Source of the DNA: Candidatus Wildermuthbacteria bacterium GWA2_46_15
GTDB taxonomy: Bacteria; Patescibacteriota; Minisyncoccia; Minisyncoccales; GWA2-46-15
DNA length: 36,508 nucleotides
NCBI GenBank assembly: GCA_001823105.1
Contig: MHTO01000004.1
Coordinates: 1-36,508, forward strand
Reading direction: 5' to 3'
Shown: in pieces, positions 16,167 through 26,610 of the stretch
Layout: each line of letters starts with the position of its first letter
Position numbering within the stretch: position 1 is the stretch's first letter
Position numbers and translations under genes: made by a program
Notes under the pieces: model-generated
Told to the model about the DNA's origin: nothing
What the model saw: the letters and a program-made list of their open reading frames with translations, nothing else
Database searches by the model: none

Positions 16167-19100
16167 TTAAATATTCCTCACCCATACACCGTTGCTTAAT
16201 TTCCCGGTCGTGACCTTGCCAAGAATTTTCCCCTCGTTAACAGAATAAACAAAACCATGGCGGCGCTTTACAAGCCCAAATATTTTTTTAGAATCAACAA
16301 TAATAGCGGCAGAATCACTCTCAGGCGCCTTGGTTACGCCAACCACCGTATAATTACCGGCGCCAATAACGCTAGTTAGGGCGGCGAGTACTGGCGCAGT
16401 ATCAATAGCCACCTTCAGCTCACTGGAAGGCTTACTTAACAAGTCAATCAAGGCTTTCAATGAGGGATTTTGCCCAAACAGATAACTGCGCAGAACTGGC
16501 AAGCCGGTCAGCGCACACTGTCCCATATCCTCCGGGTGATAGATCCTTCCGCTCCAGGCACAAGACAAAGCTTCTTTAGGGAGACAATAATTGCCCAAAC
16601 ACGACATAACCGCCTTAGTTTTAAGCATTGGCACCTTTGAGACAGACCCGGTAACCAATAGTTCGAGAAGCGCCCTTTTATGGGTAATAGCGCATTCTCC
16701 TACAAGCTGCGGCACTACCTGTTTATTTGTTACCTCACACTGTCTTAATATCCCTGGCGCCACAAGTTCCCCTGTTATATCGCAGCGCTCTGCCTCATCC
16801 GGCAGGAGCCACTTGCCCGTATGCTGACACCGGATAAATTCGTTCCGGTGCCCACGCGTCAGTGAAATCGCCGAAACCGCAGCCTCGTCGTTCCGGAAAG
16901 ATTTACCTGAAACCTGACTAACCTCAAGTTCTGTATTAAGCACATCGCTGCCAGTGAAAGAGCAGACGCCGAAATAAGAAGGCTCCCCTCGCTTGTGGTT
17001 GATAGGGGAGATCTTCATGGCAGAGATCAACACAGCCCTGCCACTAAGGTCTGAAGTTGCTACCTCCGTGGACAAAACCCGCTTACCAGTTAATGCACAC
17101 TGCACAATATGCTCTGGGAGGGCATACTTAGCAGTATCCTCCGACTTAATAAGCAGATGCCTAAGTGCACGTTTACCTGATACGGCGCAAGCCTGGAAAC
17201 ACGTTGAGGGGGCCCTTGCTCCGCCCTCACCGTAAACCTCCAGCGGCGGGGCGCTTAAAACGGCCCCAGTTTCGTTGTCTATGGACATATCACAGTTGTA
17301 CAGCGGAGAGTCTCCAAGGCGGAATTGCGTCTCAAATTGTATTACTTGCTTTACAGAACCCTTTAAACCGGCAAGGTCCGGCTGCAGCCTGGGGGTAAAG
17401 TCCTCAGTGAGTTTTTTAATTCTTCGCTCATCCCCGGCGGCACTTCTCAATTCTTCGGATAGTCGCTCCATATAGAACCGGCAGAATTCCACAATATCAG
17501 GATCTTTTGCGGCTTCTGAAGCAAGGGCAGGCAAGTCGATTCCAAGCGACTGAGGGGCTATATTTACCAACTCCCGCGCCGCAGCCTGCGCTACGCCGTC
17601 AACAACAGGGCACGACAGCTCCATCAGCTTCTCATAGCTGTCGTGTGCCATGCTAACACGCACGCGCAAAACGGCTTCCCCGGAAAATTTATTAGATACT
17701 GCGGTATCGCGAGCGGTCTCAAATCTACCGCCAAATGATGCCACCCAGCCACCGCAAGCTGCCCGTGCCTCCACCCTTATCTCCGCATTTATCCCTTGCA
17801 CAAAGCATTCGTTTTCTTTTGCGTGTTTACTAACCAAGTTCTCAAATTCCGGCCTGCCGGGAGTATAAATGGTAGGCGGGTGAATCAACCCGGCGGCTCC
17901 TTTTTCATCAAAGACAAATCGATTCTGACGGAATAGCTGGCTCATTACATAGACACCGGGATTTTCCTCTCTGTAAACGACCCCGGCCTGTTTAAAGGCG
18001 TTAAAAACAAAATCCTTTGCACTCATTGACTTTTCCTGGCTGGAGAACTTCGGCGCTCTCGGGCCTTGGGCCTGATTACTGTCCATTGAGCCGAGCAGGC
18101 TATTAATATTCTTCTCTTCCCGCTTCAGCTCTTCCTTGGCCTGGGCTATGCTCGCAGCCTTAAGCTCAGTTTCTTTTTCCACATCTTTGCCCGCCAGGGA
18201 GGCCAGCACAAGCCTGCGCAGCATATCCTCAAACTTGGACTCCTTCTCCCCCTCTTCAAGGCCTGCGGCTTCCAGTAAAGACTCTATATCCCCGATGGCG
18301 TGCGAAGCGAGCTGGAGTTTCTCCATCAGCCGGCCCACTATTTTTTCCTCAAAGGTTCCCTGCAGAATTGCGTTGAAAATAATTACATTCTGATGATTTG
18401 ACCCCAATCTTTGTATGCGTCCTACCCGCTGTTCAACGACCATTGGGTTCCAGGGTAAGTCATAATTGAGCAGAACATTGGCCACCTGCAAATTAACACC
18501 CTCCGCACCAGCTGCCGTAGATATTATCACATTGACTCTGGGAGGGTCAGTTTTAAACCTTGCTATAGCGTCTTGGTTGCGTATAGAAGAATCTCCGTTG
18601 ATAAAGGCACAGGGGACCTGCAAGCGGTCTAAGTACTCACCTATAGCATTCTGGGTTTCACGAAGTTCCGTAAAAATAACCAACCGCCAGTCCCTGGGGC
18701 GCTCCGCCCTTAGCTGCGCTAGCAGAGAGTCTAACCCGCTCAGTTTGGCCGTAATTCCCATCTCTCTGACCACGACAGACACTTTATCCGCTACGTCTTG
18801 TGGGAAGGTCCCTTTGGCCGCCATATTATTTAGCTGGGAGGCCAGCGCCTGCGGGCTGCTGACAAGAGCCTTCGCTATGGATACCTGCGCCAGTCCATTA
18901 AGCTGCTGGATGGGCGCGGCTATCAGCTTGAACAATTTAAGCTCACTCTCAGTCGGAAGCACTTTATGAGAGCGCACAATGCGCTCTGGGAATGTCAATT
19001 GAGCATCTCCACGGCGGACACGGGACATATAGTTGTAGACAATAGACCGGAACTCGGTTTTCCGGTGTGTTTTTAACTGGCGCGCACTGGTGTGTGAGTC

Positions 19101-19865
19101 GGCTATATAGTTGCGGGCAAAACTATCTTCTGAACCGAAAGGATTTGGATGGCCCCTAGCCACAGAGAGCAAGTCTATAAGCGAATAAAGATCCCAGAGA
19201 CGATTCTGTATCGGGGTAGCAGTTAGCATAAGAACATACTTAAAAGTCCTTGCTGCCAGCGACTGCCTGATTCGGGTAGCCCATTCCGGAGATGAGTTGC
19301 CGCCGTAAAGGTTCCGAAGCTTATGCGCCTCATCCAAGATAAGCATATGGAAACCGGCTGCCTCCAACTGATCCATATATCTGCGCACCGAATGGTAAGT
19401 AGTTATCAGGGCGCCCTTCTCCGCTTTCTGCAATTTATTGGCAGCGGTAACTAGTTTGGAACCTACTTCAAGTTCAGAATCAATTCCGAATTTAGTTTTC
19501 AGCTCTTCCTGCCATTGCGGCATCAGCAGTTTGGGACATACAATCAGGACTTTGGACACACGTGAACGGTAAATCAGTTCGCTAAGTATAAGCCCGGCAC
19601 TTATGGTCTTGCCAAGTCCGACATCATCTGCCAGCAGGGTGACCGGTAGTCTTCGGCAAAAAGTTATCAGGTTCTGCACCTGGTGCTTGTAAGGTGTAAC
19701 CAGGTCTACCCACTTTGGCTTGGATTTAAAGTCAGCTTCCCCTTCAAGCACAATGGGATCTAGGAGATCCCACTCCAGGGCGGCCTTATGCAAAGCGTAA
19801 GCCTCTGCGCTAGGCGCAAGCTTAAGGAAGGGAGCCTGTAAGGGCTGAACAATAATGTTCGGCAT
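16167..19865 (-). CDS. SNF2-family helicase with C-terminal 15-residue repeats
   Basis: LLADDVGLGKTISAG, LILDEAHKLRN, LTATPIQN, STAAGAEGVNLQ, NYDLPWNPMVVEQRVGRIQRLG. Confidence 0.92.
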   Translation of the reverse strand: MPNIIVQPLQAPFLKLAPSAEAYALHKAALEWDLLDPIVLEGEADFKSKPKWVDLVTPYKHQVQNLITFCRRLPVTLLADDVGLGKTISAGLILSELIYRSRVSKVLIVCPKLLMPQWQEELKTKFGIDSELEVGSKLVTAANKLQKAEKGALITTYHSVRRYMDQLEAAGFHMLILDEAHKLRNLYGGNSSPEWATRIRQSLAARTFKYVLMLTATPIQNRLWDLYSLIDLLSVARGHPNPFGSEDSFARNYIADSHTSARQLKTHRKTEFRSIVYNYMSRVRRGDAQLTFPERIVRSHKVLPTESELKLFKLIAAPIQQLNGLAQVSIAKALVSSPQALASQLNNMAAKGTFPQDVADKVSVVVREMGITAKLSGLDSLLAQLRAERPRDWRLVIFTELRETQNAIGEYLDRLQVPCAFINGDSSIRNQDAIARFKTDPPRVNVIISTAAGAEGVNLQVANVLLNYDLPWNPMVVEQRVGRIQRLGSNHQNVIIFNAILQGTFEEKIVGRLMEKLQLASHAIGDIESLLEAAGLEEGEKESKFEDMLRRLVLASLAGKDVEKETELKAASIAQAKEELKREEKNINSLLGSMDSNQAQGPRAPKFSSQEKSMSAKDFVFNAFKQAGVVYREENPGVYVMSQLFRQNRFVFDEKGAAGLIHPPTIYTPGRPEFENLVSKHAKENECFVQGINAEIRVEARAACGGWVASFGGRFETARDTAVSNKFSGEAVLRVRVSMAHDSYEKLMELSCPVVDGVAQAAARELVNIAPQSLGIDLPALASEAAKDPDIVEFCRFYMERLSEELRSAAGDERRIKKLTEDFTPRLQPDLAGLKGSVKQVIQFETQFRLGDSPLYNCDMSIDNETGAVLSAPPLEVYGEGGARAPSTCFQACAVSGKRALRHLLIKSEDTAKYALPEHIVQCALTGKRVLSTEVATSDLSGRAVLISAMKISPINHKRGEPSYFGVCSFTGSDVLNTELEVSQVSGKSFRNDEAAVSAISLTRGHRNEFIRCQHTGKWLLPDEAERCDITGELVAPGILRQCEVTNKQVVPQLVGECAITHKRALLELLVTGSVSKVPMLKTKAVMSCLGNYCLPKEALSCAWSGRIYHPEDMGQCALTGLPVLRSYLFGQNPSLKALIDLLSKPSSELKVAIDTAPVLAALTSVIGAGNYTVVGVTKAPESDSAAIIVDSKKIFGLVKRRHGFVYSVNEGKILGKVTTGKLSNGVWVRNI

Positions 19866-19912
19866 GATCTATACCTGTTTAAGCACAGTTTTGCGCAGCA
19901 AAGGTGCCTGTA

Positions 19913-22900
19913 TTATTTTTGTAGCCTAGTCACAATTTCACAAAACGGGACTTCCCACTGGTCCACTTGTAGTTTTTCAGTGAATTCCGGTTTGTCGCTG
20001 TCGGTTTTATAGCGCTGGACCATGCCTAAAACGCGTATAGACTCTATATACTCTAATTGCGGCATCCATTGGGCGGAAACCAGTTTCGAAAGTAGTGCAA
20101 CTTGGACTTTATTACTATCAATCAGCCCGACCTTATCTCCGGACTGGATTGCAGTCAGCTTATCACCTGTTTTTAAGTTTGCCAATGCACCATGAAACGG
20201 CCCACCAGGCTCTAACCTGCCGGCATAATCTATAAAAAGGTCTCCAAGGCCAAGCAAAGAATAATCTCTCCTGGGAGTATCGCCATCAATGGCAGATGTT
20301 TCTGCCCTATAGATAAAGCACTCCCCTTTCAATTCAGGCGAAAAGATGTTTTTTGTGTCCTGTCTGTCAAAAATCGCAAGACTATTTTGCGCGCGGGTCA
20401 TTCCTACATAAAATACGCGGCGTTGCTCCTCTATAGGAGTGTCCCGATTAATATCATACCCCCAATCTCCGCAGAGCAATACATGCGGGAACTCCTTACC
20501 TTTAGCTGCATGCACAGTTGATAAAACAACTCCCTCACCAACACTTTCATCCTTACGCAATTGGTGCAAGGACTCATAAATAAAGTCTACAAACAGTTTA
20601 ACCGGAGTCTTCTCATTTTGAGTCTCAGCACGCCAATCATCAAGTAAGTCACTAAGAAGGCGAAACCATATATTGCCGTCTGGTTGTTTCTGCTCCAGGC
20701 CAAGCATTGCTGCAAACTCATCTGCATTTGCAATTAAATTCTCATCTATACTCAGAGTATCTAAAGCACGCCGAATCTCTCGAATCCTATGCAGTGGAGG
20801 CATTTTCTTCCCGTCTATAGGCCAGGAGACCGGCACTGATAAGGCTTCCGCTCGACTTCGAATATAAGAGAGGTCCACATGGTTTCTAGCCAGTATAGCG
20901 ATACTGTCCCATCTTTCTATCCCCAGCGACTTTAAGCGCACAGCCTCTTTAATTGCAGCCTCGGCCTGCCCAAGAATATCATTAACCTTAACAACAGATA
21001 CCTTACCCTTAGTCAAAGCATCAATATCCCCGAATTGGCCACCAGGCGACTGCATTGATCGGAATTTATTGATCCGAATTGGACGATCCTTCTTCATTCT
21101 GTCTTTATTGTGTTCAATAAGAGTGTTTGAGGCATCTATTATATTGCCACTAGAGCGATAATTCTCAATAAGCTCTTTTACATCTGCGCCATAATCGATT
21201 TGGAACTGCTTAATAAATTTAACGTTGGACCCACGAAATCCGTAAATACCCTGATCATCATCTCCCACCGCAAGTATAGAGAGCTTTCTATCACTTTCAC
21301 TATCCTTAAGCTTTCTTCCAGCAATAGCGCTTATCATGGCATACTGCTTTTCATCTATGTCCTGATACTCATCTACTAGAATATGCTCAAATCCAGCCAA
21401 TAACCTATCGCGAACCTCATCAGCCTCCAGGCCGGCAACTGTTTTGGTTCCGTTAAGAACCTCAACAACATCAGAAATCATGTTCTCAAAAAAGTTCTCT
21501 GCCTTTCGCGCTTCTTCCATCATATCCGCAACGGATAAGCCCAAAATGCGCAAAGCCAGAGCATGGTAAGTTTGCACTGTCACTCCACGAGCATCTGCCC
21601 CCACCAAATCCGTAAGCCTACGCCGAATCTCGATGGCAGCTTTATGTGTAAAACAGCAAATCAAAATGCTCTGCGCTTTAACACGCTTAATGCGCAGCAA
21701 ATACGCACAGCGGTGAACAACAGCGCGTGTTTTCCCAGAGCCAGGCCCAGCTAGAATCAGCATTGGTTTAGTTGTGGGGGCTGTAACTATCTGCTCCTGC
21801 GCTCTATTCTCGAGCTTTTCGACTATCTTGTCATAAGAGTTGGCTGTCGTAGCCATCTCCAATAAAGCCTTTTGCTTAGCAAAGAACTTGGCAACAAAAG
21901 ATTCCTTGCTCATGATAAAATAAGCAAGAACCAAATGAAGAGCGTCCTGTATTCGGCTTATCCCAAGATTGGCATACTCATTCATTACATGTACCTGAAA
22001 AACTCTTTCTTTGTAATGATGATGAACCCTTTCATAATTCTCTGCAGAGTATTGCTTCCCTTGTCCCTCTGGCAGAACCTTAATAGTCATAGCAGTGCGG
22101 AAGATTGAAAGCCCCTTCTGTAAAACTATCACTTGCTGCTCATGCAGGAACAGCAAAGCTTGTTCTATCGCAGCATTCCAATCTTTTACGGCTTGCTTTA
22201 AATCTGGATCCTTCTGTGCGACTTGTACCAGGTCTTCATAAGTGAACTCCACTAATAAGTCGCGCGCAGCCTGCGCTTTCTCTGGAGCACAAGCCAGAAG
22301 CTTAGCGAGAACAACTTCAGCAACCCTCAACTTATTATTAATATTTTCTGTAACCTTGCCCCACCCACCGGTTATCTTAACCCTGTAGATATCACGGCCA
22401 GTAGAACGAAGGGTTATTTCCCCCTCATGCGCATTAAAGATATGACTATCAGCCTTAAAACTCTTCATAAGCTGCCGCAACAAGGGCAATGAACAATCAA
22501 AATCTCGATTGCGCAGTTCCTGGTTGAGCTTTTTCAGATCAAGCGGCACATAACCATTAGGATCTGGGTCATATTCACCTAGTGTTTTAACAATCTCTCT
22601 ATTTAAAACGGCAATACGTTCTGCTCTTTTTATAGAGCTATCCTCAATTTTGTAACGCAAATAGGCGCTAAGAAGAGTACTCTTCTGCAGTACTCCGGCG
22701 CCTACCATGGCGTCTAATGTCTTAAACACCTTAGAACTGAGATATTCGCAGCCTCCACGATCCCTAACAAACTCTTGTGGAAAATCATCTTTAGAGATTT
22801 TTGCATAAGCAGCAAATTCCGGCAGACCTGCAAGATCATCAATTCTGATAGAATCATTCGCAGGGGTTGAAAAAATATACTGAAGAATAGCCAACCAAAG

Positions 22901-25126
22901 TCGGCTTTCGCCCTCTGAAATCCCAAGACTTTTCAGTTTGATTTTAGCCTCTTGTATAGAATTAACAAGAGGTTTAGCTTGCAGCACATTAGTAAGGTTT
23001 TCATTGCGCTCCAAAAAACCTTCTCTCTCAAGCCAGGCGATCGCTGTACGCACCTTTGTATCTGCATTTGCGTCGCCAGCTTGAAAATTTACCTCAACAT
23101 CTTCATCTCTTAACAACTCCCCGGTAGTAATAACAATCTCGTCAGTATGGCGCTGTATTGCCGCTTTTCTCAGACCGCGCAAAATCTGTGCTATATCCCT
23201 TCTGCTAAGTTCGGAAAGCGCGCTAAGCCGGAACTGCTGTTCGCAATCTTCTTCGTTGTAGAGCAGAATACAGTCGGCCTCCTCCTGATCCCGACCTGCA
23301 CGCCCGGCTTCTTGCAAATAGTTTTCAAGCGAAGCCGGTGTATCTCCATGTATGACAAGGCGAATATCTTGTTTATCTACGCCCATGCCGAAGGCATTTG
23401 TGGCACATATTACTTGAATGTCTCCAGCAAGGAACAAGTCTTGAACTTCTTTTTTCTCCGACACAGTAAGCCCGGCATGGAAATGACGAGCACGCCACCC
23501 TTGCTTTGAAAGGAACCTAGCCGTATCCTCTGTGTCTGCACGTTTAGCGCGAAAAACAACAGCATAAGCCTTAGCATCCTTCCCAAGGCGCTCTCCAAGC
23601 AAATCATTTATTCTAGGAAGCTTGATCATTGCAGGGACCATCTGCACTTCAAATTTAAGGTTGGTGCGTTCAACTCCTCCCTCAAAAAGAGACATCTCTG
23701 TCCCAGTTTCGTTTTTAAAGTAAGCTTGAACGTCTTCAATGACATCCTTCTTGGCGGTAGCGGTAAAACAAGCTATTGGCGGCACAGGGCAATTCTGCTC
23801 CATGGCTATTTTCTTTATGACCCGCCCTGAATAAAGATAATCGGGGCGGAAATCGTGCCCCCATTTAGAAAGACAATGTGCCTCATCCACTACCCAGCAG
23901 CCGATTTCCCGTGACAGAAGCGCTTTGTACACCGCTCGGCTACGCAACTGTTCAGGGGAAAGATAAAGCAGTGCAATGGAACCGGATCTGATGCTCTTCA
24001 GCACATCTGCCCTTTCAGGCAGAGTTAGTATGCCGCAAAGCGCGGCACAGTTATGAAGACCTTGGCGCTGTAGACTGTCCACCTGGTCCTTCATTAAAGC
24101 CTGCAACGGGGAAATAACAACTGTCAGGTAGCCTCTTCTTGCATTCCGGACAAGTGCCGGCAATTGAAAGCCCAAGGATTTGCCACCACCTGTGGGCATT
24201 ATAGCCAGCAAAGACTCTCCGCGCATGCCAGCATTAACAATTTCTAATTGCAGGCTATTACCATTTGTATGTTTAGGTTCATCACGAAACTTATCAAAGC
24301 CAAAATACTGCTTAAGTTGCTCCCCAGAATTATGGGCTTTGGTGCAATAAGAACAAAGAGGATCCGAGCAGGGGACATCTCTTAATTCGCTTAAAAAAGA
24401 GGTTATTGTAGGATAATGCAGCCTAACCCAAGGCTGCAGCACTGAGTCTGTGCGGGAAATGCTAAGCAACCGTACTGAATAAGCCATAAGCCAGCGGGAG
24501 TTTTCTGTGGCTATGTTTGCGTAAGCCACCTTCTTGGCTGCGGTTTTACAAGAGAACTCGCCAAGAATGCTTTGGATACTCTCAATAATATCTTTCGGGA
24601 GTTTAACCGTAGGTGCCGCTTCGTCTAAGACCGCGTGCATCCCCTTAGAAAGCAAAGACTCTTCTTTCGGGTTACAAATCAATTCTTTTAATACGGCATA
24701 CAACTCGGGAGATGTTGATGCCAGTTCACGCAACTTAGATATTTCGTCTATTAAGAGCTTTTGTGCCTGTTTGCAATCCGAAACAGGATCATTCATGGCA
24801 GCTGGAACCAGCTTATAGTCTTTTATAAGATGGTGATATGGATTAGCAGGGAAGCAGAGAGGCGACAGTAAGAGGGTATCAATAATAGGCAGCCTTAGAA
24901 TCTTTGCTTCCGGAAAAGACTGTTTAATCATTCCTAAGTCATGCTTTAAAATATTATGTCCCGATACAAACTGTGCCCCGGCAGCAAAAGCATCAAGTTG
25001 GCGCAAAGCCTCTGCTTGATTAAATTTACCAGAGCAAAAGAATGTCTTTTCACCTATGACAGCACCAATCTTAAATATTTTGCCGGTTTGGTTAGTCTCA
25101 AGGTCTAGAAATAGAATGTTTTGCAT
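19913..25126 (-). CDS. DEDD-exonuclease-like / RecQ / UvrD multidomain helicase
   Basis: Exonuclease-like N-terminus FLDLET...GHNILKHD...IIDTL. RecQ motifs MPTGGGKS, VDEAHCLSKWGHDFRPDY, ATNAFGMG, QEAGRAGRD. UvrD motifs AGPGSGKT, LVDEYQD, VGDDDQGIYGFRG, ENYRS, TVHAAKGKEF, FYVGMTRA. Confidence 0.92.
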   Translation of the reverse strand: MQNILFLDLETNQTGKIFKIGAVIGEKTFFCSGKFNQAEALRQLDAFAAGAQFVSGHNILKHDLGMIKQSFPEAKILRLPIIDTLLLSPLCFPANPYHHLIKDYKLVPAAMNDPVSDCKQAQKLLIDEISKLRELASTSPELYAVLKELICNPKEESLLSKGMHAVLDEAAPTVKLPKDIIESIQSILGEFSCKTAAKKVAYANIATENSRWLMAYSVRLLSISRTDSVLQPWVRLHYPTITSFLSELRDVPCSDPLCSYCTKAHNSGEQLKQYFGFDKFRDEPKHTNGNSLQLEIVNAGMRGESLLAIMPTGGGKSLGFQLPALVRNARRGYLTVVISPLQALMKDQVDSLQRQGLHNCAALCGILTLPERADVLKSIRSGSIALLYLSPEQLRSRAVYKALLSREIGCWVVDEAHCLSKWGHDFRPDYLYSGRVIKKIAMEQNCPVPPIACFTATAKKDVIEDVQAYFKNETGTEMSLFEGGVERTNLKFEVQMVPAMIKLPRINDLLGERLGKDAKAYAVVFRAKRADTEDTARFLSKQGWRARHFHAGLTVSEKKEVQDLFLAGDIQVICATNAFGMGVDKQDIRLVIHGDTPASLENYLQEAGRAGRDQEEADCILLYNEEDCEQQFRLSALSELSRRDIAQILRGLRKAAIQRHTDEIVITTGELLRDEDVEVNFQAGDANADTKVRTAIAWLEREGFLERNENLTNVLQAKPLVNSIQEAKIKLKSLGISEGESRLWLAILQYIFSTPANDSIRIDDLAGLPEFAAYAKISKDDFPQEFVRDRGGCEYLSSKVFKTLDAMVGAGVLQKSTLLSAYLRYKIEDSSIKRAERIAVLNREIVKTLGEYDPDPNGYVPLDLKKLNQELRNRDFDCSLPLLRQLMKSFKADSHIFNAHEGEITLRSTGRDIYRVKITGGWGKVTENINNKLRVAEVVLAKLLACAPEKAQAARDLLVEFTYEDLVQVAQKDPDLKQAVKDWNAAIEQALLFLHEQQVIVLQKGLSIFRTAMTIKVLPEGQGKQYSAENYERVHHHYKERVFQVHVMNEYANLGISRIQDALHLVLAYFIMSKESFVAKFFAKQKALLEMATTANSYDKIVEKLENRAQEQIVTAPTTKPMLILAGPGSGKTRAVVHRCAYLLRIKRVKAQSILICCFTHKAAIEIRRRLTDLVGADARGVTVQTYHALALRILGLSVADMMEEARKAENFFENMISDVVEVLNGTKTVAGLEADEVRDRLLAGFEHILVDEYQDIDEKQYAMISAIAGRKLKDSESDRKLSILAVGDDDQGIYGFRGSNVKFIKQFQIDYGADVKELIENYRSSGNIIDASNTLIEHNKDRMKKDRPIRINKFRSMQSPGGQFGDIDALTKGKVSVVKVNDILGQAEAAIKEAVRLKSLGIERWDSIAILARNHVDLSYIRSRAEALSVPVSWPIDGKKMPPLHRIREIRRALDTLSIDENLIANADEFAAMLGLEQKQPDGNIWFRLLSDLLDDWRAETQNEKTPVKLFVDFIYESLHQLRKDESVGEGVVLSTVHAAKGKEFPHVLLCGDWGYDINRDTPIEEQRRVFYVGMTRAQNSLAIFDRQDTKNIFSPELKGECFIYRAETSAIDGDTPRRDYSLLGLGDLFIDYAGRLEPGGPFHGALANLKTGDKLTAIQSGDKVGLIDSNKVQVALLSKLVSAQWMPQLEYIESIRVLGMVQRYKTDSDKPEFTEKLQVDQWEVPFCEIVTRLQK

Positions 25127-25145
25127 TTAAGTAGCCTTAGGCTAA

Positions 25146-26606
25146 CTAACTCATTGGTCTTTGAAAAACATCAGAAAGTGCATTAACAACTTCTCCGGCA
25201 TCTGATGACATTGGGACTGAAACTATAACTATTTCAACTACTCTTGAGCCTGAGTTTACACAAGTGCGCACAACAACCTGGTTCCGTTCTAGCAGGGACT
25301 GAAAAGTCTCCATTCGGCATGGATAAACAAGGCATGCCACAACCCTAGGCGTATCAAACAAAGAAGAGTAGGCAACTACCTGTAAAAGATCCTTACGGTG
25401 GCGCTCCCGAATTTCCTCTTCAACATTGCCCCAACCACAAGACTGGATCTCTTCAGCATGCGCTTTATATTTAGCATCCAGAACCATTGTAACGTCGCCA
25501 CGTTCCAGCACAACGTCTGGGATGAAGGCCTTCTGGGAGCCAGAATAGGAAGGTTTCCAATCTAAACTCACCTTTGTTTGACCCAGGCGACCAACTCGCA
25601 AAGAAGCCCCACATTTTTTAGATACCAATTCACCTATTGTTTCAACCCAGGCCTCGAAAAACGATTCCATATCCATCTGCCAAGACAAACCAGCCAGCTC
25701 ATTTAAGCCAGCTAGGCCCCGTTCTTCTATAGTCCACTCTATAGCCTGCAGACCATCCTTAACATCCTTAGGAAGCAAGGCTCGACTTTGCCACGTTTTG
25801 ATCTGCCGCACATTCGGACGCCGTGGCGTATTACTGTTAACACGTGCTATTAGCTCATTGCATAGAGCCAGCAGTTTCAAAACAACAACCCCAGCAGTCC
25901 GCTGCGCCAGCAGTGAGGATGAATGCTCTTTTAATACGAAGTGTATAGCAGCCCTTAAATCGAAATCATCCCTAAGATCAGGGAAGGTGCATGGCACCGA
26001 CAAGTGCTTAGCGTGGGGTATCTTACGAATGATGTAGGAATCCCAATCAACCGCACCTTTTGGCATAGAAACATCTTCTTCTATAACGGTAAACTTCCTG
26101 GACAACTTATCCAGCATGCCCTTAATTCTTAAAAGGACAATAGAAGACAAAACCCAAGGCGGTATTTTCCTGTCAGATTGTGGGAGCTCAGCGTAAGGCA
26201 GCAACTTAGGCACTACACGGAACCCTGTAGCAGTCAAAACCTCACCAATAGACGTCCAGGCAAAACGTGGCTCTATAATAAGCCCCAGGTCATATTTACC
26301 CGTTGCTGGGGACACTAATGGTAAAGCACCTATTCTGCTTGAGCTGTGAAAGGAAAGGAACGCCTTGCTGTCACGTCGCACCACATCAGAAGATATGTGG
26401 AACTCACGCAGTATATTACTGTTCGTCTTAAGAAGAGCCTCAGCTTGCCGTTCAGCATGCGATTCTTGATCCCGTACTGCAGACCCACCAAACCAGTTCT
26501 TAGCCTCAATCAGCGCGTGACTTGTGTCGAAAATACGCTGACATCGCCCTATAGAGCGAGTAGGCATGGGCCGCCTGGCCGTAATTATTGGTCTGCGTGG
26601 GGGCAT
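25146..26606 (-). CDS. mcrC: McrC-like PD-(D/E)xK nuclease subunit
   Basis: PKGAVDW, DMESFFEAWV, IPDVVL...VLDAKYK, DLLQVVAY. Lies 4 nt downstream of the mcrB-like gene. Confidence 0.88.
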   Translation of the reverse strand: MPPRRPIITARRPMPTRSIGRCQRIFDTSHALIEAKNWFGGSAVRDQESHAERQAEALLKTNSNILREFHISSDVVRRDSKAFLSFHSSSRIGALPLVSPATGKYDLGLIIEPRFAWTSIGEVLTATGFRVVPKLLPYAELPQSDRKIPPWVLSSIVLLRIKGMLDKLSRKFTVIEEDVSMPKGAVDWDSYIIRKIPHAKHLSVPCTFPDLRDDFDLRAAIHFVLKEHSSSLLAQRTAGVVVLKLLALCNELIARVNSNTPRRPNVRQIKTWQSRALLPKDVKDGLQAIEWTIEERGLAGLNELAGLSWQMDMESFFEAWVETIGELVSKKCGASLRVGRLGQTKVSLDWKPSYSGSQKAFIPDVVLERGDVTMVLDAKYKAHAEEIQSCGWGNVEEEIRERHRKDLLQVVAYSSLFDTPRVVACLVYPCRMETFQSLLERNQVVVRTCVNSGSRVVEIVIVSVPMSSDAGEVVNALSDVFQRPMS

Positions 26607-26610
26607 AAGG

